The translations under genes and the position numbers were made by a program. 64,000 bases of DNA. It comes from a virus (taxonomy: Duplodnaviria > Heunggongvirae > Uroviricota > Caudoviricetes). The stretch is taken from IMG/VR virus record IMGVR_UViG_3300048599_000194, positions 96,001-160,000 of that record; one strand, given 5' to 3'. Each line of letters begins with the position of its first letter. Position 1 is the first letter of the stretch. Below, one piece after another: positions 1 through 10,462 of this stretch. The notes beneath the pieces are model-generated. The model made no database searches. It was not told the DNA's origin and saw nothing but the letters and a program-made list of their open reading frames with translations.

Positions 1-1462
1 CATTCTTAATTGCCTCTGCGGCTTCCTTCAAGAAGGATACTGCAGATTTTCCTGAACCTTCGTTCAGGGTTGCGGCTACTAGGTTAGCGGCTTCTTCCTT
101 AGAAACTTCTGGTTTCTTTGTAATTGGAGCCGAATTGCCTTTTGGAGCGGCAGGGGTCTGGTACTGAGTTCCCTCAGGAGCCTTACTCTTAGGATCCGCA
201 GTCTTCTGTTCACCCTTATTTGTAGGCTTAGATAGATCAGTCACATTACCCGATTCATCCTTAGGTGCTTCGTACTGAGTTCCTTCTGGAGCCTTACCCT
301 TAGGATCGGCAGTCTTCTGCTCGCCCTTATTTGCAGGCTTAGATAATACGATTGCATTTCCAGATAGATTCTTCCAAAGATCGGCAAATGACTTCTCTCC
401 ATTTGCACTCTCAGTGAGTAATTTTCCTACGAGTTCCTTGAATGCTCCAACTGTGAGTGGAGTATCGTCTGAAATTCCAACTTCACCTGCCTCACCACCT
501 TCAACAGCCCCAGCCACTGCGCCTGGGAGATCATCGGCATCACCATCACCGCCACCCACTACAGGGGCCATGTCTCCAGCAATAGGTTCACTAATTGGAG
601 TTACACCTGGATCATCGTCGTCAATAACCTGAATCACTTCATCGGGTTCCACTTCAACTACACCGTTCTGATCACATTCTGCACAAATTCCCTCTTGCAT
701 TAGATCATTAGGGGAAACTTCAGTTCCTTCAGATCCTTCGCCAGCGGCATCACCACCGTCTGAACTTTCCTGTAAGGCATTCTTATTCTCATCTCCTTCA
801 CCCTCACCTGCGCCTTTTCCGCCTTCTCCAGCTTCTCCAGCACCTTCGCCTTCTCCAGCTTCTCCAGCACCTTCGCCTTCTCCAGCGCCTTCTCCAGTGC
901 CTTCGCCTTCTCCAGCGCCTTCTCCAGCTTCTCCACCTTCAGTGCCTAAATCATCAACATTTTCTGGCATTGTTCCATCATTTTCAACTGTAATTCCAAG
1001 AAGTTCATTAATGAATTTCTTGATGGCTTCAATCAAACCAACTCTATACTTCTGCTTTTCTACAGGTCCACCAAGATTAGCTTCTTCTGCCTCACTTAGA
1101 TATGAAGTTTCATTTGCCACTTCATTAACGATCATTTCAAGTGCTGGTTCAGAAATGGATTCCTTATCTTGAATTTCATCTAGAACTTCAGTGAGTCTCT
1201 TCTTAACGGATTCCTTCTGTTCGTGACTTAATTCAATGTCATCTGCAGAGAAGGAGGGTCCATTTTCAGCAGGCATGTCTTCAGGAACATCTACTGTATC
1301 AAATAGATCATCTGGATTAAAAGAATCGTCAGAGGTAGGCTTCTCTTGCTCCTCACCCTCGACTGTTGGGGTCTTTAGAGACGCATTATATTCGCCAGCA
1401 TAGGCTTCGCATAGGGCGATAATATCCTGCTCTCCTTTTAATTTGTTCATGAAAGAATTCAT
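1..1462 (-). CDS. Highly acidic prohead core/scaffold-like or internal head protein (partial, runs off the window start)
   Basis: Absent from the ORF track because it is open at the edge. ATG at 1462 follows AGGAG and a TAAATA box (1485-1490) and reads MNSFMNKLKGEQDIIALCEA...LKEAAEAIKN with no stop. Very D/E/G-rich with many L/I-x-E sites (LCE, LSE, LQE, LTE, LNE, LKE) typical of T4 gp21-processed head proteins. Confidence 0.7.
   Translation of the reverse strand, partial: MNSFMNKLKGEQDIIALCEAYAGEYNASLKTPTVEGEEQEKPTSDDSFNPDDLFDTVDVPEDMPAENGPSFSADDIELSHEQKESVKKRLTEVLDEIQDKESISEPALEMIVNEVANETSYLSEAEEANLGGPVEKQKYRVGLIEAIKKFINELLGITVENDGTMPENVDDLGTEGGEAGEGAGEGEGTGEGAGEGEGAGEAGEGEGAGEAGEGGKGAGEGEGDENKNALQESSDGGDAAGEGSEGTEVSPNDLMQEGICAECDQNGVVEVEPDEVIQVIDDDDPGVTPISEPIAGDMAPVVGGGDGDADDLPGAVAGAVEGGEAGEVGISDDTPLTVGAFKELVGKLLTESANGEKSFADLWKNLSGNAIVLSKPANKGEQKTADPKGKAPEGTQYEAPKDESGNVTDLSKPTNKGEQKTADPKSKAPEGTQYQTPAAPKGNSAPITKKPEVSKEEAANLVAATLNEGSGKSAVSFLKEAAEAIKN
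160..345. repeat. Two-copy coding direct repeat (about 75 bp, period 111 bp)
   Basis: Encodes LSKPANKGEQKTADPKGKAPEGTQY and LSKPTNKGEQKTADPKSKAPEGTQY in the minus-strand acidic protein. Confidence 0.85.
795..940. repeat. Tandem low-complexity repeat encoding GEGAGE/GEAGE units
   Basis: Repeated ccttcgccttctccagc(t/a) units. The 700..936 EKLEKAL ORF is an off-frame shadow of this repeat. Confidence 0.85.
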
Positions 1463-1520
1463 ATTCAGTTTACTCCTTGTTCTTTATTTAGTGAAGTTTT
1501 TCGGTAAGTTGTAAAAAGTG

Positions 1521-2138
1521 TTAAGTCAACAAGGTATTATTAATTGTTTCTTCAATATCATGTGGATCTCGTATTATACGACATCTATTATATTTGAAGG
1601 TGGCAGTTGACTTTAATTCATCAGCAGATGCAAAATTCATTGTAATTGAACCAACACCCACGCAAAAAACTTGTTCATATCTAATTATTGCAGTCGGCCA
1701 ATTCATATTATTAACTACCCAAACGTCTATAAAATCACACCAAGCGCGTTGCGCATCCCATATTTCATTTTGTGATCGTACTTCATTACTGTCTAATCTG
1801 TCTTCCGTGCTACGATACAGATCTACCCATTTCCTTAAAAGTCCATAATTATTCAAGTATTCATCGACAATAAATTCAACAGTAAAGTCTTCATTGTCAT
1901 TTACTTCTGAATTTGGTACATGTATTTCAAAACCCATAAATTTACTTTTATCAAAACCTGCAGTCGCTCCAGACCAAATGAATGAAGAAATATTATACTC
2001 AAGACATTGATTGTTTAGTGTATCTGATTTTGGTAGGTATATTGGCAATGGACCGAACACCATCTTAGAACAACCCTGTAGGAGTCTATTCAATACTTTT
2101 TCTTGATATGGCCCTCGTGGTACTTTTACTTTATCCAT
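1521..2138 (-). CDS. Tail tube terminator/tail completion protein, T4 gp3-like
   Basis: FTVEFIVDEYLNNYGLLRKW and C-terminal STATFKY match the gp3/tail-tube fold pattern; tail gene context. Confidence 0.7.
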   Translation of the reverse strand: MDKVKVPRGPYQEKVLNRLLQGCSKMVFGPLPIYLPKSDTLNNQCLEYNISSFIWSGATAGFDKSKFMGFEIHVPNSEVNDNEDFTVEFIVDEYLNNYGLLRKWVDLYRSTEDRLDSNEVRSQNEIWDAQRAWCDFIDVWVVNNMNWPTAIIRYEQVFCVGVGSITMNFASADELKSTATFKYNRCRIIRDPHDIEETINNTLLT

Positions 2139-2139
2139 G

Positions 2140-4611
2140 TTATCCTATGCTTTGGTAATAAGTGGTTACTTTCCATCCGAATTTAGCGGCAATATTGTCT
2201 ATTTGGATTGTTTCTGCGGCAGAGATTTCATCTACTACCGGATATACATATAATTCATGCCTTCCTGGAGTATTAGCAATGTTCTGAGATTTATCTACAG
2301 TTGCCAAATCATTTAATACGGTTGGTTCCACAACATTCAAAATTTCATTTGAAATTAACTCTTTAACCTTTGTCGAATCTTCTTGTGGTATCCAACGCTT
2401 AGCCTGCACAATTGGATTGTATTCAATATGAGAGTCAGAATATACTTTACCTTTATATGTATTGTAAGTGAATCCAACTCTAAAAGAAATATTACCCTTT
2501 AAGTTAAACTCTGCATCATTCTGTACATTATTTGACTTGTATGTATTTTTGCCATTGGCGTCAACGATACATAATAATCCTTTTATATCTGATGGCTTGT
2601 ATACAATAGGGCTCAACACACCCCTAACACTAGAATAACTAGGAAAATATAGATTATCAGATTCTATGAAATCTTCAGTCTTATTAAATCTAACATTTAG
2701 CGATTCAAATTCTTCTTTACTTAATCCATATTTCACATTAATATTTTTGAAATCAATAGTGGCGTCTCCGGTAGCAGTTGATCCGTCAATTACAGCCGAT
2801 ATTACTGGCTTCCAATAATCATATATTGAATCTTCGGATAAGTATATTTGTTTAGTAGAATCTACAGGTGAGACATTATTAAAACGGCTCGCAAGTAAAC
2901 TATCTACATAGCTAGAAGAAGAACACTTTACAGTCCAAGTCTTAATTATAGTTGAATCCTTGATGGAATACGTAGCATATAGTATCCCATTAGTATTAAT
3001 GAAACCAACCATACACTTAACTGAACTACTAAAAGTCTTAGTGAATGAAGTATCTGATTCAACACCCGCAAATGAAATTACCATATTATTTCCGATGAAT
3101 TGGACTGTAAGTCCAAGCGACGATTCAAAAATACCCAATCTGAGCGCGATGTTATTACCATTCAATGTAGAGGGGTTTAATTCATATTCGAAGACTATAC
3201 CATTATGATCAGGATTGTCTATATAGCCATTGAATTTTTGAATATTATATTGAAACGGAACATTACCATCGATTCCTTCTAAAGGATCACAATAATACTC
3301 GACCTTCGAATAGTCATACCCACCCACTTTATTTGGAATCTTAGGCTTGAAGAATGAAGATGGACGCCCATAAAAAACTGAAGATCCAACTAGACCACCA
3401 AATCGAATACAATCATTCATGGACTTTAATGTATTCTTTCTTATGAATTTTTGCTGTTGTTGCTGAAACGATAACGCCTGAGAGTCTACTCCATCGACAT
3501 CCTCTACAACTTCAGATGTAATTAGTAATTCATCATTCTTATATGTTTTTATGTACTTGTCCTCTAATATTCCATACCCTAAATACTTAGATCCTTTTAA
3601 TGAATCTAATCTAATCGCATCGTATTCACCAAAACGATTAATTATTTTCGAATTCAATTCAGCAGATGAAACAAACACTCTGTCGTCATCTGAAAGTCCA
3701 TATTTAACCTTAGTTGCATTTGGTAGATTATTTGCAGTCACATAATAGAAGTCTGTTCCGTCTATTTTAATAGAATGTGCGCGTTGATTTTCATTGTGTT
3801 CATAATCTTTCACAATAGATGGTTCAGGAACCCCATTAGAATTGTCAGATCCATCGAAGAATAATACTTCAGGCCATTTAACTTGTGAAGTATAATCGGT
3901 TGGAGTCTTGAATATTACCCTAAATTCGAATTGATCTCCATCGCGTGCATCGATTGAATCCAACACAACAAATATGGCTGGAATATCCATATCAGAAATT
4001 ACAGTAACGTCTATCGTCATGTAGTGAAATTTAACATCTTTACTAGGATTTAATTTGATAAATGCATATTTCGATTCGGTGTGGTATAGTAATTCTGTTA
4101 TTTTTTTACTAGTTGAATTATTATCTGCGTTTAAGCTAAAGCCTTCAGACATTGGCCAATATTCACCAATTTTGAATTTTTTCCAAGTCTTTGATTTTGT
4201 AGATAGTTCATTTTTTCTGATGACATCATCATATTCACCCAAAACTCCAGTTAGTGTTCCGAGGACCATTCGAGTTGTATCATTTATTGAACTTAGAGTT
4301 ACAATCTTATCGGCTAATCTTCCATTAAGAAGATCTGGAGCTTCGCCTAGACTAAAATCATCAATTACAGGATATGGAACTTTATTTGCTATACTACCAG
4401 CCTCCCCGTCAAACATGTCAGAGGAAACTGGTTCTCTATTGTATAGATACGAAGTACCTTTTTGATGGAAGTATTCAGATTGAGAAGGCGGTGTGTTCTC
4501 TATTACCGTACTACTTTTACTAGAAAGTATAATGTCAGTCAGAGCACTTACAACTTTATCGTTTAACTCCAACGATTCATTTAATGCTCTTACAAAATCA
4601 CTTATGAACAT
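2140..4611 (-). CDS. Virion structural protein (probable fibre/baseplate-associated)
   Basis: 823 aa ORF with TAAATA-N5-ATG; shares a DARDGDQFEFRV..KTP segment with the adjacent 234 aa ORF. Confidence 0.55.
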   Translation of the reverse strand: MFISDFVRALNESLELNDKVVSALTDIILSSKSSTVIENTPPSQSEYFHQKGTSYLYNREPVSSDMFDGEAGSIANKVPYPVIDDFSLGEAPDLLNGRLADKIVTLSSINDTTRMVLGTLTGVLGEYDDVIRKNELSTKSKTWKKFKIGEYWPMSEGFSLNADNNSTSKKITELLYHTESKYAFIKLNPSKDVKFHYMTIDVTVISDMDIPAIFVVLDSIDARDGDQFEFRVIFKTPTDYTSQVKWPEVLFFDGSDNSNGVPEPSIVKDYEHNENQRAHSIKIDGTDFYYVTANNLPNATKVKYGLSDDDRVFVSSAELNSKIINRFGEYDAIRLDSLKGSKYLGYGILEDKYIKTYKNDELLITSEVVEDVDGVDSQALSFQQQQQKFIRKNTLKSMNDCIRFGGLVGSSVFYGRPSSFFKPKIPNKVGGYDYSKVEYYCDPLEGIDGNVPFQYNIQKFNGYIDNPDHNGIVFEYELNPSTLNGNNIALRLGIFESSLGLTVQFIGNNMVISFAGVESDTSFTKTFSSSVKCMVGFINTNGILYATYSIKDSTIIKTWTVKCSSSSYVDSLLASRFNNVSPVDSTKQIYLSEDSIYDYWKPVISAVIDGSTATGDATIDFKNINVKYGLSKEEFESLNVRFNKTEDFIESDNLYFPSYSSVRGVLSPIVYKPSDIKGLLCIVDANGKNTYKSNNVQNDAEFNLKGNISFRVGFTYNTYKGKVYSDSHIEYNPIVQAKRWIPQEDSTKVKELISNEILNVVEPTVLNDLATVDKSQNIANTPGRHELYVYPVVDEISAAETIQIDNIAAKFGWKVTTYYQSIG

Positions 4612-4622
4612 TCAATTATTTA

Positions 4623-5321
4623 TTATGCACTTGGATCTATGAAATTAGGTGAGTATTTGAACGAAGATGACCCATCGTACTTATACGATGGCATTGCATA
4701 ATAATCAAATACTCTCCAATCAAGCACTAAATTCTCGTCAGGTACATATTTTAGAGTAACCTTATATGTTATGTTGACATTAGATTGTGTTGGCGTTGAA
4801 GTGTCAAACACTGTTGAGGTTGGAGTGTTTTTAAGCCCACATACCTTAATTCCGGCTACATTGTAGAACTCAACAAGGTCACTATCACTAGATTTGAAGG
4901 GAGTTTGAATGGTTACTATAAATTCAAAGGTATCACATTCAGTCGCTTCTGCCAGATTGAACTTAATAACCCCATTAATGTCCTTATCGCCGTCATATTT
5001 CAATATATTAATGTCAGGGGATGTCTTTTTCACCATCGAAACAATTGAATGTAATTCAGTGTTTGTTTTATATGATCCCCAGTTTTTAACAACTTTAGAC
5101 CCAGATACAGCCGCCGCTTGTTCTGAAATGTAGTCAGTTGCATGTTTTTTAGTTGGAATATTGAATGTTTCGAAGAATGGATAATTAGGAACTCGCAAAG
5201 TAACTGGTATTGTATCGGCGTTATCTACGGTGTTCCATAGGTATAGCTTATATAGTAACTCACGAGTATTTTCGTTAAGTGTTTCAATTTTATCAGCCAG
5301 ATCCTCTAATGTTGTATACAT
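4623..5321 (-). CDS. Virion structural protein, partial paralog of 2140..4611
   Basis: ATG at 5321 overlaps the upstream TAA (TAATG coupling); contains EATECDTFEFIVTIQTP. Confidence 0.55.
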   Translation of the reverse strand: MYTTLEDLADKIETLNENTRELLYKLYLWNTVDNADTIPVTLRVPNYPFFETFNIPTKKHATDYISEQAAAVSGSKVVKNWGSYKTNTELHSIVSMVKKTSPDINILKYDGDKDINGVIKFNLAEATECDTFEFIVTIQTPFKSSDSDLVEFYNVAGIKVCGLKNTPTSTVFDTSTPTQSNVNITYKVTLKYVPDENLVLDWRVFDYYAMPSYKYDGSSSFKYSPNFIDPSA

Positions 5322-8300
5322 TAACAATCGCCTCCAATTTCAGCAACCTCGGTTAATCCAAGTATTAAATTAGATCTTCCCTTTGTAAATCTAGTGCCGC
5401 AATTCTGAGATCTAACTGCAAACATATATGGTAGCTTGAGCGATACTACATTATTGAACTCGTTTACGATTGCACATGAAGGGTCAAATGTTGCGTCTGT
5501 CGGATCAATCATTCCGAAAGGAATCGTTACGATGATAGTACTATTTCCAATTGATACGTTATCGTGTATATGACAGTAAGCGGAATCAATGGTAACGTAG
5601 AATGGCTCAAGTGAACTATTCATATCAGGGCCTTCCGGCATAGATTCAGATCGATTTGAAAAATTAATCTGATCAAGCATTACAGTTGAATAATCTCCGG
5701 ATCTATAGTTCACGTATGGAATACGATACCCTGAGAATTGATTGTCACTTGACACTAAAGTATATAAACCAGATATGCTAGTTGACGAAATTGTATAATT
5801 TCCGAGAGAAAACGTCGATATGCTATTGTTTCTATTTTTAACTAGATATGAAATAGGTTCAATGTGAAAATTCAAGGCTCCGAATACGGTGTCTATAGAA
5901 CTTCGTCTAACAACTGGAGAAACTTCTGAGATTTTACCGTTGCTGTTATATATGTTAGAGAGAGAAATTACTATCGATTTTAGTTTATTGTATTTAACTC
6001 CAATGACATTGGATAATTTTGTCGGAGAAAATGAACTACCACTAGACTCTATTATTGAAGTAATGTCGCCTTGATTAGATTCAACATACACCCTTCTATC
6101 TGTGAGATCTTCCGCATTTGTTAGTGTGAAATCTCCGCCATCGACTGAACTTAAAACGAAATTTGAGAAGAAACTTCCGTATTCATAATAATTAGCTCCA
6201 ATATAATCAACAACTGCACCAGTTAAATCATATTTTCCGTTTGGTTGGGATTTAGTAACAATCACCTCTATTAAATCCTTAGCAACACCCCCAACGCCTT
6301 TGTCATAGTATACTATTGAAGCAGTGTTCCAATCATAATAGATGATTCCAAGAGAAGACAATATTGTCCCATATACACTATCTAATAATGTTGAATTCAG
6401 AGAGTATGTTACATTGTTATCTGAATCGCACACGTAAGCCTTTGTAACGTCATCAAAATTAACCAGTAGTTTTTTCATTATCTTACTATCGTTAAGCGAA
6501 TCTAAGTATTGCGAATATTTGCTATACGCATTAGTTAATATAGAGGAAGATACTTCTTTAGATGAATTAAATATAATGTCTTTAGTGTAATCACCAGATG
6601 CCAATATGGCATGGCCAACACTACCATCCCAGCTAAAATCAACCAGATCTCCATTTACTAGAAAATCATTACCATTACCATTATCCGTAGAGAAAGACAG
6701 TACATCAACTCTTTTAATGTCATTATATTCAGCCGTAAATTTTCGCAAAAATAATCCATGTGCATGCATTTCATTTGAAGATATTAAGCTACCTTTACCA
6801 CCAAAATAATAACCTAGGTCTTTTTCATGCACAGTATGAGTCCAAGTTGAACCAAAAGTTCCAAGCATTAATGCATACGATTTACCATTTCCATCTGGAA
6901 GTACGACAACTTTATTACACGAACCATATAATGCGTACATATTCCCGCGATATCCGCCAGCATCGCCATTTCCAGCTAGAGTCTGGCTTGCCGACGAGTT
7001 ATACACAAATGCCTTAACTACGCTACAATTATTTTCGAGGTGGAATAATATGTGAGTGTATCCGAATTCAAATTCGCAGAAATAGTTAGTAGTTTGATTA
7101 AATGCTCGTAAATGAGTGAACCATATATAGTCAACGGTATCGACAGTAATATAATCAACACTAACTCCGTAAATATACGAATCAGATATAGAATATGAAT
7201 GTAGCTTATTGAAGGCGACTCCATCAATTGAATAGTATACATTATATACACGATTAGAACCTGATATTTCATTTACAAATATATACATGCCATTCGGAGT
7301 AGAAATCATTTTTAATGATGCATTATACTTATATGGAGTAATGGCATCTAATCCTGTAGCAACAGTAACTAAACTAAATTTAGATGTAACTACTATATTG
7401 GATGAATCATAAGTAGCATCTGCACTCATGAATTCAATTCCATCGTCAACCAATCTCACTAGATAGGCTTTAGGTGAACCACTTAGATCGTTAATTGTAG
7501 TCGCGAAGTCATTTCCGCTAGTTTCTTCTACTACTTGACTCTTAATGTTTTTTGAATATTCAAATGCATATGAGCTTTCACTTATTGTTTTTGCTATACC
7601 ATCTGGATAGTAAATTACAGAAGGATCTATAATTGCGTCGGAAAGATGTTTAACTCCAGAAAGAGAATAATTTGCCTTTTTCTGTACATATAGATTTGGG
7701 ATTGTGACAGCACCCTTAGTAACTACAATTTCATTTGAAATGTCACCGTTAGAGTCTTCTATTCCAATATTAACTGAAGTTTTAGATCCAAGCGAGGTTT
7801 TTGTATCAGACGATAGTTTTAGAATGTCACCCCATATTGATGATTCGTCGCTAGTAAATGATAACTTTCCATAGTCATTGGACAATATTAAGCTATCGCT
7901 CGCAGTTAATGAAAAAGTATTAACATCTCCAATTTTTAGACTGTTTACCTTGAATCCGTTAGCCAGAAACGAAGCATCGTATCCACCATTTGAATAGATT
8001 GCCGCAAATAAATTTCGTACTACACTTCCATTTCTAGATTTTATCTTAAAGTCCTTACCTTCATAAAATTCAAGATCTAATGAGCCGCTTCGAATTAACA
8101 TCGAATATGTTGACTGTTTAGACGTTGATGTAGGTCCAATTGTTATTGCATTGGACTCAACATTGCTTGAATTCTTGCTATATTTGAAGGTAAATGCCGA
8201 ATATGCGCCATTTCCAGTGCCAAGTACAATGCTAGATCCTAGTAATCTAGAGGTTCCAGAAGAAACACCTAGATCAACTTTATTGTGATGAGCGTAAAAA

Positions 8301-8779
8301 GTTTCAGAATCAACGTAAAATTGCTTTGCGTTTAAGTTCAGAGACGAATCGGCATCTAGTATGATTGAACTGTTTACTAAATTTTCGGTGACATTCGTCT
8401 TAGTAATTCCAATTGCTGTGTCAGCAGATCCAAAACTAGTATCAACTAATATGCTGAGAGTGGTTGGATCTGTTGTGCGATATTTGGAAAACGTCCAACC
8501 GTTAACTGCCTTAAAATTCAAATTCCAGTACATATTCCTATATTGACTTGCACCTGGAGGTCCAAAGATGGAACTGCGAATAGCCGCAAATGATGGGACA
8601 GTAATAGGCTTTAAGAAAATCCCAGTTCCATTTGACTCTAATGTTGGAACTGCGTCTATCAAGTTGAATGTTACGGTATCATCTGCGGTTTTAACCCATA
8701 GCGAATACTTATCGAGTGTCTCGAATGCATTCTTAAGTGCTAAATCTAGTGTTGCTAACGCTCTCTGTTCATTAATCAT
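5321..8779 (-). CDS. Large tail fibre/receptor-binding-like structural protein
   Basis: 1152 aa, S/T/G/N-rich and beta-strand-like, with an Asp-box-like YSIDGVAF. Has a late box (8796-8801) and SD AAGGTG. Confidence 0.55.
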   Translation of the reverse strand: MINEQRALATLDLALKNAFETLDKYSLWVKTADDTVTFNLIDAVPTLESNGTGIFLKPITVPSFAAIRSSIFGPPGASQYRNMYWNLNFKAVNGWTFSKYRTTDPTTLSILVDTSFGSADTAIGITKTNVTENLVNSSIILDADSSLNLNAKQFYVDSETFYAHHNKVDLGVSSGTSRLLGSSIVLGTGNGAYSAFTFKYSKNSSNVESNAITIGPTSTSKQSTYSMLIRSGSLDLEFYEGKDFKIKSRNGSVVRNLFAAIYSNGGYDASFLANGFKVNSLKIGDVNTFSLTASDSLILSNDYGKLSFTSDESSIWGDILKLSSDTKTSLGSKTSVNIGIEDSNGDISNEIVVTKGAVTIPNLYVQKKANYSLSGVKHLSDAIIDPSVIYYPDGIAKTISESSYAFEYSKNIKSQVVEETSGNDFATTINDLSGSPKAYLVRLVDDGIEFMSADATYDSSNIVVTSKFSLVTVATGLDAITPYKYNASLKMISTPNGMYIFVNEISGSNRVYNVYYSIDGVAFNKLHSYSISDSYIYGVSVDYITVDTVDYIWFTHLRAFNQTTNYFCEFEFGYTHILFHLENNCSVVKAFVYNSSASQTLAGNGDAGGYRGNMYALYGSCNKVVVLPDGNGKSYALMLGTFGSTWTHTVHEKDLGYYFGGKGSLISSNEMHAHGLFLRKFTAEYNDIKRVDVLSFSTDNGNGNDFLVNGDLVDFSWDGSVGHAILASGDYTKDIIFNSSKEVSSSILTNAYSKYSQYLDSLNDSKIMKKLLVNFDDVTKAYVCDSDNNVTYSLNSTLLDSVYGTILSSLGIIYYDWNTASIVYYDKGVGGVAKDLIEVIVTKSQPNGKYDLTGAVVDYIGANYYEYGSFFSNFVLSSVDGGDFTLTNAEDLTDRRVYVESNQGDITSIIESSGSSFSPTKLSNVIGVKYNKLKSIVISLSNIYNSNGKISEVSPVVRRSSIDTVFGALNFHIEPISYLVKNRNNSISTFSLGNYTISSTSISGLYTLVSSDNQFSGYRIPYVNYRSGDYSTVMLDQINFSNRSESMPEGPDMNSSLEPFYVTIDSAYCHIHDNVSIGNSTIIVTIPFGMIDPTDATFDPSCAIVNEFNNVVSLKLPYMFAVRSQNCGTRFTKGRSNLILGLTEVAEIGGDC

Positions 8780-8805
8780 TTGTCACCTTATTGGATATTT
8801 ATTGC

Positions 8806-10428
8806 TTAAGAAATAAAGCTACTCTCATCAATTACCGATTGACTCTCTAATATCCAACCAGAATCACTTGAATACGAGAATAGTAAAGTAACTTTTGCAA
8901 AGCTGAAGCCCTTTATTAAATCTGAAGTTATTTCAAATATTTTAGTTTTTGTTTCTGTTTCTTCGTTATAGTTTGCAAATAAGATTGAGCCATTCCACCA
9001 GCTTACGTCATTTCCCGAATCAGTGTAGTATCTCCCATCTAAGTTGTAGATTGTAATCTTCATGAAATCACCATCAGAAATAGTATTATTCGATGATTTA
9101 GTTTTCAAACTAAACAATGAATTATATGAATTTACATACTGAACACCACCACTAGTAATACCCCTAAATTCAGTGGCATCTAGCAACATTTTCCTATTAG
9201 ATCCACCTTTACTTAATACATATTCTTTGTCTGAAGTAAGAACTCCATCAACATCGTAACCTGCGAGCTTATATGGGGTGAATGGATTTACTCCAGTAAT
9301 TTCTTCTACTCTATTAGCTAATTGAAGTACCATCATTTGTAATTGCATAATAGTTTGCGACATTGATGCATTATTCATCATTTGCGCTTGATAGTATTTT
9401 GTAGCCTCGTCTCTAATTGCGTCGGTATATAATGTGTAGAATTCTGAGCTACCCTCAAGGATACTTGTAGATATAGTTAATTGAGCGTCGAATTCCCAAC
9501 CAGAAAACCCACGGTCGTCGCGAGTCTTATAGATGTCAAATGAAATATCATTTCCGCTACAGCTTGCAGAAGAGACTCCAATATCAATTACTGCAAACAA
9601 TATAGGATATTGTTCGTCCTGAGTAAAGATGGACTCCATAGATGCCATTGGTTCATAGAAGTCCTTAGGATCTGAGGTAGATCTAGAATCATCTCGCTCT
9701 GCATTTATCGTCAAGTATAATCCAATTCTATTAAACTTGAAATTTCCTATCGATTTTCCATAAAAATCAACAGAATTACCGTAATTAACAGAAATAGGGG
9801 GAAGGACCATAGAATAATTCATTATAGTTGCATTTTCTGCATTTTTTTGTGTAATTGGCCTGAAAGCCTTTATCGGAAATAATTTGGTATATTCACCTAG
9901 TCCTGGTACAGGGTTTGAACTTGAATATTTTAATTGAGGCGGTATATTTGCAATGGTTAGTTTACTAGTGACGCCTGAACCTTCGACATATCCATAAAAA
10001 GAGTGACTGGATTCCCCTGAAGCATCAAAAAATGTTTTTGCTTCTGTAGGCAGTCCATCATATGTGGTGATTTGATTTGGTTGAAGTACATTTCTGTTGT
10101 TACATTCATCGTATTCATATTGATAATAGTTACCATATCCTCTTTCTAAATCGGTAGATACTTTAGAGGGTGCAGGGAATTGACCCGCATACTTATCATA
10201 TGAGAATGGACTCTGCCACACGTTATAGATGTAATCACCTCTTACAATTCCATCAGAAGGCGACTGTCTAACCATTTCAGTCATAGCTGGAACTACTGGA
10301 TTTGCGGACCTCTCCTCCTCAGACACCCAAGCTAATGAGAAATGAGTAATAGATAATTTGAATCCAGGGCCAATCTCCTTGGTGAGATACGGCACTGCAG
10401 AATTTAATATGGCTGTTTTCATGCTCAT
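8806..10428 (-). CDS. Baseplate/tail-collar fibre attachment protein (P2 gpH N-terminal-like)
   Basis: ITHFSL...FKFNRIGLYL...ILFAVI resembles the tail-collar fibre domain; adjacent to a gpI/gp7-like gene. Confidence 0.5.
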   Translation of the reverse strand: MSMKTAILNSAVPYLTKEIGPGFKLSITHFSLAWVSEEERSANPVVPAMTEMVRQSPSDGIVRGDYIYNVWQSPFSYDKYAGQFPAPSKVSTDLERGYGNYYQYEYDECNNRNVLQPNQITTYDGLPTEAKTFFDASGESSHSFYGYVEGSGVTSKLTIANIPPQLKYSSSNPVPGLGEYTKLFPIKAFRPITQKNAENATIMNYSMVLPPISVNYGNSVDFYGKSIGNFKFNRIGLYLTINAERDDSRSTSDPKDFYEPMASMESIFTQDEQYPILFAVIDIGVSSASCSGNDISFDIYKTRDDRGFSGWEFDAQLTISTSILEGSSEFYTLYTDAIRDEATKYYQAQMMNNASMSQTIMQLQMMVLQLANRVEEITGVNPFTPYKLAGYDVDGVLTSDKEYVLSKGGSNRKMLLDATEFRGITSGGVQYVNSYNSLFSLKTKSSNNTISDGDFMKITIYNLDGRYYTDSGNDVSWWNGSILFANYNEETETKTKIFEITSDLIKGFSFAKVTLLFSYSSDSGWILESQSVIDESSFIS

Positions 10429-10462
10429 AGATGATATTTATTTGTGGAAATAAATAACAAGA
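10429..10462. promoter_or_regulatory. Back-to-back divergent T4-like late promoters
   Basis: tattta at 10435-10440 (TAAATA on minus) and TAAATA at 10451-10456, each 6 nt from an ATG. Confidence 0.8.

Noticed and set aside
700-936. EKLEKAL coiled-coil repeat ORF
   Set aside because: Off-frame shadow of the GEGAGE repeat inside the larger minus-strand gene.
795-940. Possible CRISPR array or collagen-like repeat
   Set aside because: No unique spacers and no strict G-x-y period; it is a low-complexity coding tract.
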